From positions 2,542,001 to 2,606,000 of the forward strand of contig NW_026782260.1 of the NCBI RefSeq assembly GCF_031769215.1: DNA of 64,000 nt. The letters run 5' to 3'. Made by a program: the position numbers and the translations under genes. Positions 15,051 through 29,060 of this stretch are shown here, piece after piece. How positions within the stretch are numbered: position 1 is the first letter of the stretch; every line of letters starts with the position of its first letter. The notes beneath the pieces were generated by a model that did no database searches, was not told the origin of the DNA, and worked only from the letters and a program-made list of their open reading frames with translations. This stretch comes from Ylistrum balloti (lineage: Eukaryota).

Positions 15051-15199
15051 ACACAGCTTTTTATTTTGAAAATGAGGTCAAGGATTACTCTTGACCTTAA
15101 AATATGACCAATAACCAACAACATCTAATCAGATGTAGACCTTAGTGTGGTGTCCCTATAGTTTGAATTTTAACTAAAGGGTTAATTAGATGTATATGT

Positions 15200-16290
15200 C
15201 ATATCCTGGTTACCTCCACACCTCGTCAGATGTCATATCGTTGTAACCTCCACACCAAGTCACATGACATATATGGTTACCTCCACACCAAGTCCCATGA
15301 CATATCCTTGTAACCACCACACCAAGTCACATGACATACCCTGGTTACCTCCACACCAAGTCACATGACATATATGGTTACCTCCACACCAAGTCACATA
15401 ACATATCCTTGTAACCTTACACCAAGTCACATGACATACCCTGGTTACCTCCACACCAAGTCACATGACATATCCTTGTAACCTCCACACCTTGTCCTGG
15501 TAACCTATACATCAAGTCACATGCCATATGCTGGAAACCCACATACCCAGTCATATCATGTCCTGGTTACCTACACATCCAGTCACATCATATCCTGGTA
15601 ACCTACACACCCAGTCATATCATATCCTGATAACCTACATATCCAGTCACATCACATCCTGGTTACCTACACACCCAGTCACATCATATCCTGGTTACCT
15701 ACACACCCAGTCACATCATATCCTGGTAACCTACACACCCAGTCACATCATACCCTGGTTACCTACACATCCAGTCATATCATATCCTAGTAACCTACAC
15801 ACCCAGTCACATCATATCCTGGTAACCTACATATAAACATCCAGCCACATCATATCCTCGTAACCTACACACCCAGTCACATCATATCCTGGTAACCTAC
15901 ACACCCAGTCACATCATAACTGGTTACCTACACACCCAGTCACATCATATCCTAGTTACCGACACACCCAGTTACATCATATCCTGGTAACCGACACACC
16001 CAATCACATCATATCCTGGTAACCTACATATACAAACCCAGTCACATCATTTCCTAGTAACCTACACACCCAGTCACATCATATCCTGGTAACCTACACA
16101 CCCAGTCACATCATATCCTGGTAACCTACACACCCAGTCACATCATAACTGGTTACCTACACACCCAGTCACATCATATCCTAGTTACCGACACACCCAG
16201 TTACATCATATCCTGGTAACCGACACACCCAGTCACATCATTTCCTAGTAACCTACACACCCAGTCACATCATATCCTGGTTACCTATAA
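15200..16290. repeat. Compound minisatellite: ~34-bp units grading into ~32-bp units
   Basis: atatcctggttacctccacaccaagtcacatgac changes to atatcctggtaacctacacacccagtcacatc. Confidence 0.93.
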
Positions 16291-16319
16291 TCCCAATGGT
16301 AATCTACACACACAGTCAC

Positions 16320-16375
16320 TTGCCATATCCAGATAACCAGTCACACATGTCATTTCCTGGAAACCTACCCATCCA
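16320..16375 (-). CDS. Candidate coding exon (56 nt)
   Basis: Strong acceptor attcttttttcag. Reads WMGRFPGNDMCDWLSGYG. The donor is ambiguous (GTGACT or GCAAGT). Confidence 0.3.
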
Positions 16376-17089
16376 CTGAAAAAAGAATCTGTTTGTTTGG
16401 ACAACTGGTAAGTTGACCCATAAAAGCATTGATTTTAAAACCCATGTATCCGATTGACCCAGATCAGCTTTACAATTAGCCACTAGCTCTACGCTGCTAC
16501 AGCATATCAAGACAATGTCGATGTGTTAATTTCCATATGCTACACAGTCTATAAGATTGGCCATTAAATGCTTTGTCTGCAAGGCGAGGCTGTAGGGTGT
16601 AAATCCCATCTAGCCAGGTCAGGAGAAAAACCTAATGATTAGCCACACGCAAAAATGATTTCTCCAATAATCTGGGAACAGGGAGAATTTCCTCCCTCTG
16701 CCACCATTATCAATATCACACAGAGACGACAACTGATATATGATTCAGGTTAGTAATCTCTAAGAAATAATGACTTTGTCAATAATCAGTATTTATATAT
16801 TCTACGAGAATGTTGAATGCTGACAGGTGCCATTAAAGGTTGAGATGACCAGACCTGTTCAGGTCGCTACGGTGACCGAGCTTAGCCAGCTAGTACTTCC
16901 GCTGGTTATTTAAGAACTAGGGGTGGGAGGATAATAGTGATTAGTTACACTGTATCCAGTTAATAACACCTACAAATCACTCCGTTGTTTTACTGATCCC
17001 CAAAAATACCACAAACATTAACATTCAGAATTGTTAATGACGAAGATCTGCGTCAAAATCCTTGTATTAACGTGCAATGTTGATCCGAG

Positions 17090-17700
17090 AGTCAGGGTTA
17101 TATCTCTCATATCATTGTCAAATGTCTGAACACGACCTGTCTCATTGTTTTCTGTCATTTTACACCAGACTATTAAGATATCTCTCATATCATTGTCAAA
17201 TGTCTGAACACGACCTGTCTCAGTATTTCCTGTCATTTTACACCAGACAATTAAGATATCTCTCTTATCATTGTCAAATGTCTAAACAAGACCTGTCTCA
17301 GTGTTTCCTGTCATTTAACACTAGACAACTGAGGTATCAATCTTACCATTGTCAAATATCTGAACACGACCTGTCTTCATATTTCCTGTCAGACTATTAA
17401 GATATCTCTCATATCATTGTCAAATTCCTGAATGCGAACTGTCTCAGTATTTTCTGTTGTTAAACACCAGACAGTGATGGTTGTTATATTTCTAGAATAA
17501 TTGTCCAATGTCAGAACACATCCTATCTCAGTATTTCCTGTCACTAAAACCCGATAGTGAAAGCTATGTGTTTCTCTTATCATTGTCAAATGTCTGAGTG
17601 TGCCCTGTCTCAGCATCACCTGTAGCTAAACACCAGACAGTGAAGGTCATCATATCGCTGATATCATTGTAAAGTGTCTGGACCCAATTTTTAATATTTT
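17090..17700. repeat. Degenerate ~78-bp tandem repeat
   Basis: Recurrent tatctctcatatcattgtcaaatgtctgaacacgacctgtctcag...caccagac. Confidence 0.85.
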
Positions 17701-17884
17701 CTGTCATTGTTTTGAAACTCATCACACAGAGGGTCCAGAGCAGCATTGATGCTCACCAGTTGACATGTTTGTCTAGTGCAACTTTTATCCTTTAAGTGAA
17801 CATGAATGTAGTGTATCTGGACTAGAAACCGGATTTTCACTCAACATCTTATTGTGATGGTGGGTGAAACCACTGAACAACTGA

Positions 17885-19485
17885 TAGTGATGGTGTGTGT
17901 AATAACTAAACACCAGACACTGATGGTGTGTGTAATAACTAAACACCAGACACTGATGGTGTGTGTAATAACTAAACACCAGACACTGATGGTGTGTAAT
18001 CACTAAACACCAGACACTGATGGTGTGTGTAATCACTAAACACCAGACACTGATGGTGTGTGTAATCACTAAACACCAGACACTGATGGTGTGTGTAATC
18101 ACTAAACACCAGACACTGATGGTGTGTGTAATCACTAAACACCAGACACCGATGGTGTGTGTAATCACTAAACACCAGACACCGATGGTGTGTGTAATAA
18201 CTAAACACCAGACACTGATGGTGTGTGTAATCACTAAACACCAGACACTGATGGTGTGTGTAATCACTAAACACCAGACACTGATGGTGTGTGTAATAAC
18301 TAAACACCAGACACTGATGGTGTGTGTAATCACTAAACACCAGACACTGATGGCGTGTGTAATCACTAAACACCAGACACTGATGGCGTGTGTAATAACT
18401 AAACACCAGACACTGATGGCGTGTGTAATAACTAAACACCAGACACCAATGGCGTGTGTAATAACTAAACACCAGACACCGATGGTGTGTGTAATCACTA
18501 AACACCAGACACTGATGGTGTGTGTAATAACTAAACACCAGACACTGATGGTGTGTGTAATCACTAAACACCAGACACTAATGGTGTGTGTAATCACTAA
18601 ACACCAGACAGTTTGATGGTGTGTGTAATCACTAAACACCAGACACTGATGGTGTGTGTAATCACTAAACACCAGACACTGATGGTGTGTGTAATCACTA
18701 AACACCAGACACTGATGGTGTGTGTAATCACTAAACACCAGACACTGATGGTGTGTGTAATCACTAAACACCAGACACTGATGGCGTGTGTAATCACTAA
18801 ACACCAGACACCGATGGTGTGTGTAATCACTAAACACCAGACACTGATGGTGTGTGTAATCACTAAACACCAGACACTGATGGTGTGTGTAATCACTAAA
18901 CACCAGACACTGATGGTGTGTGTAATCACTAAACACCAGACACTAAACACCAGACACTGATGGTGTGTGGACACTGATGGTGTGTGTAATCATAAACACC
19001 ACACACTAAACACCAGACACCGATGGTGTGTGTAATCACTAAACACCAGACACCGATGGTGTGTGTAATCACTAAACACCAGACACTGATGGTGTGTGTA
19101 ATCACTAAACACCAGACACTGATGGTGTGTGTAATCACTAAACACCAGACACCGATGGTGTGTGTTATCACTAAACACCAGACACTGATGGTGTGTGTAA
19201 TCACTAAACACCAGACACTGATGGTGTGTGTAATCACTAAACACCAGACACCGATGGTGTGTGTTATCACTAAACACCAGACACTGATGGTGTGTGTAAT
19301 CACTAAACACCAGACACCGATGGTGTGTGTAATCACTAAACACCAGACACCGATGGTGTGTGTAATCACTAAACACCAGACACCGATGGTGTGTGTAATC
19401 ACTAAACACCAGACACCGATGGTGTGTGTAATCACTAAACACCAGACACTGATGGTGTGTGTAATCACTAAACACCAGACCAGAC
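17885..19485. repeat. 33-bp minisatellite, ~48 copies
   Basis: Unit aaacaccagacactgatggtgtgtgtaatcact. Confidence 0.97.
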
Positions 19486-20559
19486 AGTTTTATGGTGTCT
19501 ATTTGTACTAACTTAACACTGACAAAAACTCCCCATCATATTTGACACAACTTTGCATCTGTCAAACCAATGGACATATAACATCATCCTTTCACACAGG
19601 ATGGAGGTTCAACAGGAAAATATGACAAGCTTTGCTTCTTTAAAACTGTGAGCTGACATAGTGTTTTGAATTGTTTGAATAAAACATCCTCAGTTATTGT
19701 ATAGACATAATGACCACAATTTACAAATGGAAATGAACTAAAGCTAAAATACTAATCCATGTAACTGGTCCACATCCAGCCATGTTTATATCAGTCAGTA
19801 ATACATCAAAATTGCATGATGTATTAAAACTGTTCACATGACTCTAAAATACTGTCAGACAAAATTCTAAAAATACAACACTATCGTCAAGTGTAAGATG
19901 ATAAACGACAGTGAGATCATACCCGATAGACATCCTGGTAATAAAATAATTGCTGATATCTATTCATTTAATGGAAAATTTTTCTAGTAAACCATTGTGA
20001 AGTTCTTCACAACATCACACATAAATGGACCTCACAGCGTTATATGTGATATGTTTCCTTATATGTGTGGGAAATAACAAATAGCTTTCTTTTATAGATA
20101 TTGTCCAATTTTAGCAGTGAGGAAGGTTTATCAACACAACTGTTCTGATATTCATTCATCAAAACACCAAATATAGATCCTTTGAGCCATATTTGTAACC
20201 TCCTCCGTTATCAGGCGGACTCATGTGTACAGAACAAACTGACAGAGTACAATGGGGAGCCACTCCCAACCTCCCCCAAAACATCATATATTTACGCCAC
20301 AACATTGCTTGTAAAAGATAATTACATAGCTAAATATAGCATTCCTGTACCAATATCATACGTCACAAATAGCTAAATATAGAAACAAATTTCCAAGAAC
20401 AGTGGATTTGAGGTAAAACTAAGATCAATGTTTCTACACATACAGGATGTGGTACTGTGTACATGTATTTCCACAAATCAATACCACAAGCACTCATCCT
20501 AGTGTAACAGAAACAACCCATCTTCTTCTTCCCTCGCAAACATTTCTACTGACTGTAAA

Positions 20560-21245
20560 CATGTACAACATCACAAGTTCCAATATTGAGGTAGTTTCTA
20601 TCTGTCTGTTGTTTCACAAAACAAGTTCCCATATCTAGGCAGTTTACTACTATCTTTTGTACAACATCACAAGTTCCCATATCTAGGCAGTTAACTACTG
20701 TCTGTTGTACAACATAACAAGTTCCAATATCTAGGTAGTTTACTAATGTCTGTTGTACAACATCACAAGTTCCCATATCTAGGTAATTTACTACTGTCTG
20801 TTGTACAACATAACAAGTTCCTATATCTAGGTAGTTTATGACTATCTGTTGTACAACATAACAAGTTCTCATATCTAGGCAGTTTACTACTCTCTGTTGT
20901 ACAACAGAGCAAGTTCCCATATCTAGGTAGTTTACTACTCTCTGTTGTACAACAGAGCAAGTTCCCATATCTAGGCAGTTTGCTACTGTCTGTTGTACAA
21001 CGTAACAAGTTCCCATATCTAGGTAGTTACTACTGTCTGTTGTACAACATCACAAGTTCCCATATCTAGGTAGTTTACGACTATCTGTTGTACAACATCA
21101 CAAGTTCCCATATCTAGGTAGTTTACGACTGTCTGTTGTACAACATAACAAGTTCCCATATCTAGGTAGTTTCTATTATCTGTTGTACAACATTACAAGT
21201 TCCCATATCTAGGCAGTTTACTTTTGTCTGTAGTACAACATGAGA
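20560..21245. repeat. 48-bp minisatellite, ~14 copies (family A, locus 1)
   Basis: Unit tgttgtacaacataacaagttcccatatctaggtagtttactactgtc. Confidence 0.95.
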
Positions 21246-23524
21246 TGCATTATCTGCACATTGTGCATACATTGCCTGTCGTGTGCATTATATAGTATCT
21301 TGCACACAACTGCAATATCATCACATATTTTGTGCGGTTTAATAAAGAAAGTTGATCAATATTACAGATTGAAAATTAAACAGGAAACGTGTGTAGTTAT
21401 GACTAAATAGCGATCATAGGCATATTAAAGTTGATTGGTGATTATAAAAGTAATTTTTATCTTGACAAAATAACACTGGACGCTTCATTAACTAGTCTTT
21501 TTGTTGTGTAATTTCACACCTCAGAAAGTGGCAAGTGGTGTGCCTCAGGCGACAAAAATTACCTGTATGGGGTACAGATGAAGCCACTTAATACTGCATC
21601 AGTTAATGTCACTTTCTGGTTAATATCATGTTTTCTTAAAACACTGATCTTCCCCCTATATATTCTATGTATTCCAACATCTGATAATGTCACATTATTT
21701 TAATGTGGGTAACGCTTAATATCACTTAATTTTAGCATATATCACAAACAAAAAATACAAGTAAATCACAGGAAAGTGAGGACAAGAACTATGGATTCAT
21801 GCCCAAAGGGTCATTCATCACCCCAGGATGTGTTATGTAAACAGCATCAGTGCTCTACTAGCCAATATTTCACAACTCACCACTCCCCAACAATAGACAG
21901 ACCTGGTTACCTGTAAGGTCCACCTAGATCCAAGGAAGTCTGGTGCGTTTGTTTTTTTAATTGCCTAAGTGCAATCCCAGCATTAATATTAGTTTAAAAA
22001 CCCTTTGTCACTTGGAACTTGTCACAATGGGTTAGGCCTATGTGTAAGTGCACATGAACGCCATATTACGAAGTTTTTCGACATGCTACCGATACTTCTT
22101 GAACATGAGCCTTTAGTATGCATACCAGGATCTATTCCAAAACAACAAAGATTGTTTTCAAAAGATATAACGAGAAAATAATCATACACAGACTTGTGTT
22201 CGTCTCTTTCTTTTGATCTTGATCCATGGGACACCAAACCAAGGCATGTCAATGTCGTCATTACGCATGTCGCCATCTTTAAATTTACATGAACACATTT
22301 CCGATGCAAGGCTTAAGAAGCTAAAATAACTAATTTGAACTTGAAAGTTTCACGAAATAAAGTAGGGATTAATTGAATATAGAAAATTATCACACATGCC
22401 CCAGAAAGCTTCATGGGGCCTCTTACATATTTGCTGAAATTGTTATCATCTTTCTCAAACAATTTGTTCAGGCCACATAACGTATCTTATGGGATGAAGA
22501 TTGAAAATCCATTTGATCATAATATCATACGTTGATGCTTTTATCTTTCACGTTCTTTCCTATGCCTACGTGACATCTGATAAGCCATAAAAAATAACCG
22601 TTAATATAATGGCCAATGAAATGAGGCGTTTCAAAGATGTACAGTTTGTACTCAATCGGCTATTTTTTTTTGTCTGCATTGCCTGATGAAAGCAATGTTC
22701 AGAATACATTTCATCGAAGTTGCAGAGATAAACACTGTTTATAAATCAACTTTGCGACGATGCCTTATTATGAAGCTTACACAGTAAATGATGTATGAAT
22801 TACGCAGCTGATGGCACCGTGGTGTCAAGCATGAATCTGACCACATGTAAATTATGAATATAACATGATCATTTACGATAACAATAAACAAACAAAAGTT
22901 AAGAAAATCACTGAGCTTATGTCAAAAAACCAATCAAAGAAGTACTTATTGTAATGGGAACTCCCCCAAACACCTAGCAGCGGTATCTGATGTACACAAT
23001 GTTAAGATTGATGAGAAATGTGATGAAAATTTTAAAATATCTAAAATTTTCGCCATATCAGAAAACAAATGACATCTTAGTGGTTTTGATGTAAAACCAC
23101 ACCTATATACCAATTTTCATGGAAATCGGATGATATTTATATTTTGGTCAAATTTTCAACAATCAGACCACAGTTAAAACAGTCATATGACCAATCGAAA
23201 AAAAAGAAAATCTCTTGCACACCGCCTCTCATACATGTATACCCATGTAAGAATTTTTCATTGAATTCCATCCTGTAGTTTTTGAGAAATGTCAAAACCT
23301 TGCAAAAATAAGAATGAAGTAGAATTGCAATTGCGAGCAATAACTGAAGCCACCCCAACCCCCACACCCCATCCCAAACATCACCTGGTCCTCCTTAACT
23401 TGTTTGTAGTGTCAAAATACACCAACATTCCAAAGTTCATGAAAATTGGATGATATTTAGATTTCGACCACTCAGAGACCACAATATGGCAGCTGATGTT
23501 ATGAAATGTGAAACTTTAATTATC

Positions 23525-23702
23525 TTTTAAAAGTGACTGTAGCCCAAAGATTACCCTACATACTAAATATCATGTAAATCGGACAATACATAGAATTCGA
23601 CCAATCAGAAGATGTTTTAAAAGTGACTGTAGCCCAATGATTACCCTACATACTAAATATCATGTAAATCGGACAATACATAGAATTCGACCAATCAGAA
23701 GG
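23525..23702. repeat. Direct tandem duplication of ~90 bp
   Basis: ttttaaaagtgactgtagccca...gaattcgaccaatcagaag occurs twice. Confidence 0.9.
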
Positions 23703-25852
23703 GAAAAAATGGCAGCTGTTTTGTTGAAAGTAAAACGGAGACTACAATACACCAATGTCCTATACTCATCTTACATACCAATTTTCAAAAACAATATTTC
23801 AATTCTGACCAATCAGAAGCCTGTGTTTGGGTAACAGGAAACAGTTAATTTGCATTTTTCCTGAAAATATTTGTCATGTTTGAGATATACAGGTATAGCA
23901 GATTGGTTATGAAAAATACATCATTACATATATATATATTTATAAACTACATAACAATTACATTAACAGTAGAGAGATGAAATTTGTGTAAAAAAAAAAA
24001 AAAATTTCCTCTGATTTCTGACATTTGATTGTCATGGTTACCTACTGAAAAAATGCTAAAAATGCAAAAATACTGCTAATTCCAACCTAACACTATAACT
24101 TTCTAGGAGAAATTTAATTCTAAACACCTATCTTAAAATCAAAAACACTGTCGTGGTAACAAAGTACTTACATTTCAGCAAATTCAAACTCGGAAATCCT
24201 TCATAACATGACCACATGTAAACACTATGAAAATTTCACTTCCTGTAAAGCTAGTTTTTGGTGCGTAGACACAGATTCGAGACTGCCCAAATAGTAATCT
24301 CCAACACAAAGCTAAAATGATATTCTGAAAAAAATGAAACTTCACATTGTCCACTTTAACATGGAAAGACCAATTTTAGCAAGGATTTATTTTTTCAATT
24401 TTTATTAAAACCTTTATAATGGGGTAATCTAATGAGCAAAAAAATCACCCGTGGCCACACCGAGAAACTGTGTACTGCTACCTTGGTGGCCATATTTTAT
24501 CAAAGTAAACTTTTGTTTTTTCTTTTAGAAAGGTACACCGTCCCATTAATATCCTTTCTGTGCAGTTTCATTATGTTGCATCAAATGAAAGTTTCTAGTA
24601 GACCAATCAGAGCTTGTAGTCGCCATCTTGTAAGAAACGGAAAAATAAGTCGCCCCACTTCATTGGGATGACTTAATGAAACAAGTATATATAAAATAAT
24701 ACTAATTTTTATGCTGATATTGTTAGCGACATATACAACAAATGATCTTAGTACTGCTTAAATTAGATGATCTGACCATACAAGAACATCGGACAAGTTT
24801 AACTCCCCGAAATATTTGTTATTAATTCCAATGCATTTTATCTTTCCAGGCCGCCATTTTATTTCAATACTACATCATGCACTAGAGCACCTGAGTGTTT
24901 GAAAAGAGACAACACAGAGGTTACTCCAGAAATTTATCAACTACTTCTTCCTCAAGTAGTAAGCTACTAGCGGATTATCTATAGGTTAACTGCTTAAGTA
25001 CTGTGGAGCAAACAGTCGATGAATTTATGGTACTGTTGCTATCTAGTTTTAAACAAGGAACTTGGTTATGGCTAGGGGTTCAAACCTCAGCCATGACAAT
25101 TTCTGTTTATACCCTTATTTTTTTCATTTTGAAATACTTCTTCATTCCTTGAGATTATTATTTTTCACTATGAACCTGTTGAATACCAAATCATTTACCG
25201 TACCAAAACAAGGCTCTTGATCTGCCAGATTTGGGGCCGAATTCCCAATGCAAGATAGTATCTTTTTTTCCCAATTTAGACCCCAAGTTTTCCCAATTCT
25301 AAGGAAAACGCTGCTATTTTTCCCAATTCTAAGGGCCCCGGGCCCCGGGCCCCAGTCCCAAAATGGGGTGTGAGAGCCCTGCCAAATCGTTTTCCAGCAC
25401 AAAGATTTCTTTGTTTGTTTCACCACGACCGCTGTATGATGTGTCATCAGACCCCTTGGCCAATATAAGGATACATTAAAGAAAAAAAAAGTGTCATTTT
25501 TTAGACACAGCTGCACCTTAGATACACAAATATGTAATTACTTATAAACAGTAAGCTTGTAGTAAGAAAAAGAATCAGAGCAAAAACAAAATGTCTGTAC
25601 ACTTACAAATTTTAGTCTTCAAACAATTTCTGTATGAAACAAGCTGGTTTGATGCATCAGAAATTTAACTTCTGGGGTTAGACTTCAGAAAAATTTGTCA
25701 ACTGTTAAAGCTACATTCCACTTTTTATCACATTTTTCAATGAAAAATAGAGCATGATATTAAACAGTTTCCATTGTCTAGGCTAGGTTGCCTGTGTATA
25801 TATTTTTTTGTTTGCAAAATGATAAAGAAAGTGAGAGTCATATAGAAGTAAT

Positions 25853-26935
25853 GACAAGAGGCCCAAAGGGCCTGCATCACTCACCTGGTCCTTGAGCTAA
25901 AAATGTGATTTCCTTTCTGGCGGTTTGAGGTTTTAGATGATTCATTGCCAAGACGAAAAGTGACGTCATTTAAAGTTTACATTTATAACGTTTTTATAAT
26001 AAGTGTTTGTACACTAAGGCTGGTCACATGTGGCACTTTGTAAACACTTTGAATTATGAGTGTATATAACAACTAAGTATGTATGTGATAGATCTCGTAT
26101 TTGTCCAACTTATAGATTTATGGCTTAACTAGACCTGTGTCAAAGAAGGGCCCCGCCTATAAGCCTCATATCTATCTCGATCTATTACATCATCCATTCT
26201 TTCAAAAAAATTAAAAATTAAAAAAACGAGGAGGCCATTTTGGATTTTTACTATCTGCATGAGAAATAAGAAGACTTCTTTGGGGCTCCATAAGGATCAT
26301 TTATACCAAGTTAGAAGTCAATCACACCAGCCATTCTTCAGAAAAAGTGAAAAATATCTCAGCCAATCAGAAAAACATTAGCTCTTTTACATGACCTCGT
26401 GACGATCATTTGTAGCAAGTTAGAAGTCAATGGTACCAGTCATTCTTAATAAGAAGTTGAAAATGTCTCGGCCAATCAGAAGCTGTTTTGGATTTTTCAA
26501 TCTGTTTGACAAAAAATACTTGTGTGGAACCTCATGATGATCATCTGTAAAAATGTTTAAGGTCATATAACTATTGTAGATAAAAACAGATTCCAATGAT
26601 TACTGACTCCATGTGATGGCATGTGTAGATAAACCCACATACCAAATTTGGTGAAAATTCAACAGCAAATAGGCAGTCTGTGAACAGTAGTTGAATGGTA
26701 TATTTTAGGCATTCAAAGTCCCATAACTCTTGCAAATATTGATGGATGACACTTCATATCAAAGTTATGTGAGAATTAATTGACATGTGCTACGTATGAG
26801 ATATGGAGAATTTCTTACTACAAACACAGAAGTTTCTGTGCAGAAAGCAAAAACAAACAGACGAACAGACAGGCAGACAGACTGACTAACAGGCTGTTTA
26901 CTATAGGGCATCCACAATTCTATACAGGGCTCTGA
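25853..26935 (+). mobile_element. Possible non-autonomous Helentron-associated/pearl-like interspersed element
   Basis: Starts acaagaggcccaaagggcct (short inverted repeat). Has internal ~108-bp duplicated cores (about 26295-26370 and 26403-26481) and a GACA/GACG-type microsatellite near the 3' end (about 26850-26890). The family assignment rests on architecture only. Confidence 0.35.
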
Positions 26936-27134
26936 TCAGGAAATGTACTTGGTTGTACTCAAACGTATTTAAAGAAATAAATAAAGCCTATCCAACATTT
27001 TTAAAAAGTCATTTTAAAATTTAAATCAACCATTATAGAACCACACAATGTGTGCACAGATGTACTGTAGCATATTTTGCCCAGCTTTTCTATTATGCAC
27101 ACAACCTGCATTCATCATGTGCACATCATCCCAC

Positions 27135-27800
27135 AATTGTAGATGTACAACATAACAAGTTCCCATATCTAGACAGTTTGCTACTATCTGTTGTACAACA
27201 TCACTAGTTTCCATATCTAGGTAGTTTACTACTGTCTGTTGTACAACATCACAAGTTCCCATATCTAGGCAGTTTATTACTGTCTGTTGTACAACATAAC
27301 AAGTTCCCATATCTAGACAGTTTACTACTGTCTGTTGTACAACACCAAAAGTTCCCATATCTAGGTAGTTTACTACTGTCTGTTGTACAACATAACAAGT
27401 TCCCATATATAGGTAGTTTACTACTGTCTGTTGTACAACATCACAAGTTCCCATATCTAGGCAGTTTCTACTGTCCGTTGTACAACATAACAAGTTCCCA
27501 TATCTAGGTAGTTTACTACTACCTGTTGTACAACATTACAAGTTCCCATATCTAGGTAGTTTACTACTGTCTGTTGTACAACATCACAAGTTTCCATATC
27601 TAGGCAGTTTACTTCTATCTATTGTACAGCATAACAAGTTCCAATATCTAGGCAGTTTCTACTGTCTGTTATACAACATAACAAGTTCCCATATCTAGGC
27701 AGTTAACTACTATCTGTTGTACATCATAACAAGTTCCCATATCTAGGCAGTTTACTACTGTCTGTTGTACAACATAACAAGTTCCCATATCTAGGTAATT
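27135..27800. repeat. 48-bp minisatellite, ~14 copies (family A, locus 2)
   Basis: Same unit and orientation as 20560-21245. Confidence 0.95.
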
Positions 27801-28084
27801 TTCTGCTGTTTTTCTGCAGTGTCAATATACTGAAATACAGAGACCATCACTACCATGTTGCAGACACAGCCTCCCTAAATGGTAATAAAAGACTACAGAC
27901 AGATTAACCACTAAGTTTAAGTCGTAACCACGGAATGTCACATAAGGATCTTCCTGAAATAATCTACAATTCAAGCTTGCATCAGACTTTTTACTGGAAA
28001 TATCTAACGATCAATCATGGTTAGAATATTATCATATTTGTTAGCTCGACAGACATCAATTTTTTCTCAAATTTTTTCACAGTG

Positions 28085-28410
28085 GTGGTAATGTGTGAAA
28101 GTCCTCAGTGATTATAATGTGAGAAAGTCCTCAGTGATTGTAATGTGTGAAAGTCCTCAGTGATTGTAATGTGTGAAAGTCCTCAGTGATTCTAATGTGA
28201 GAATGTCCTCAGTGATTGTAATGTGAGAATGTCCTTAGTGATTGTAATGTGTGAAAGTCCTCAGTTATTGTAATGTGTGAAAGTCCTCAGTGATTGTAAT
28301 GTGAGAATGTCTTCAGTGATTGTAATGTGAGAAAGTCCTCAGTGATTGTAATGTGTGAAAGCCCTCAGTGATTGTAATGTAAGAAAGTCCTCAGTGATTG
28401 TAACATGTGA
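28085..28410. repeat. 26-bp minisatellite, ~12 copies
   Basis: Unit gtgattgtaatgtgtgaaagtcctca. Confidence 0.93.
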
Positions 28411-29060
28411 AAGTGGGTCAGCTGATGTTAGTACAATTTACCAGTACCACACTGAAAGTTGATCAGCTGTCCACTCTTACTGTGAACGTGGGTCAGCTGA
28501 TGTGGGTACAACATACCAGTACCACACTGAAAGTTGATCAGCTGTCCACTGTCACCATGAAAGTAGGTCAGTTGTTGTGGTAACAATTTACCAGTTCTAC
28601 ACTGAAAGTTGATCAGCTGTCCACTGTCACCATGAAAGTGGGTCAGTTGTTTTGGTAACAATTTACCAGTTCTACACTAAAAGTTGATCAGCTATCCACT
28701 CTCACCGTGAAAGTGGGTCAGTTGTTGTGGTAACAATTTACCAGTTCTACACTGAAAGTTGATCAGCTGTCCACTGTCACCATGAAAGTGGGTCAGCTGA
28801 TGTAGGTACAATATACCAGTTCCAAACTGATAGTTGATCAGCTGTCCACCCTCACCGTGAACGTGGGTCAGCTGATGTGGGTACAACATACCAGTACCAC
28901 ACTGAAAGTTGATCAGCTGTCCACTCTCACCGTGAACGTGGGTCAGCTGATGTGGGTACAACATACCAGTACCACACTGAAAGTTGATCAGCTGTCCACT
29001 CTCACTGTGAAAGTGGGTCAGTTGTTGTGGTAACAATAAACCAGTTCCACACTGAAAGCT
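28410..29060. repeat. 75-bp minisatellite, ~9 copies, each unit an imperfect hairpin
   Basis: Unit gaaagtgggtcagctgatgtgggtacaacataccagtaccacactgaaagttgatcagctgtccactctcaccgt. Confidence 0.93.

Noticed and set aside
884-19511. Many repeat-derived ORFs (for example PPGKYTPGMDYHT, VCVITKHQTL, YIHHIPSTDLNILRYKSIQGVT)
   Set aside because: These are translations of minisatellites. Non-triplet indels and stops in unit variants show no coding constraint.
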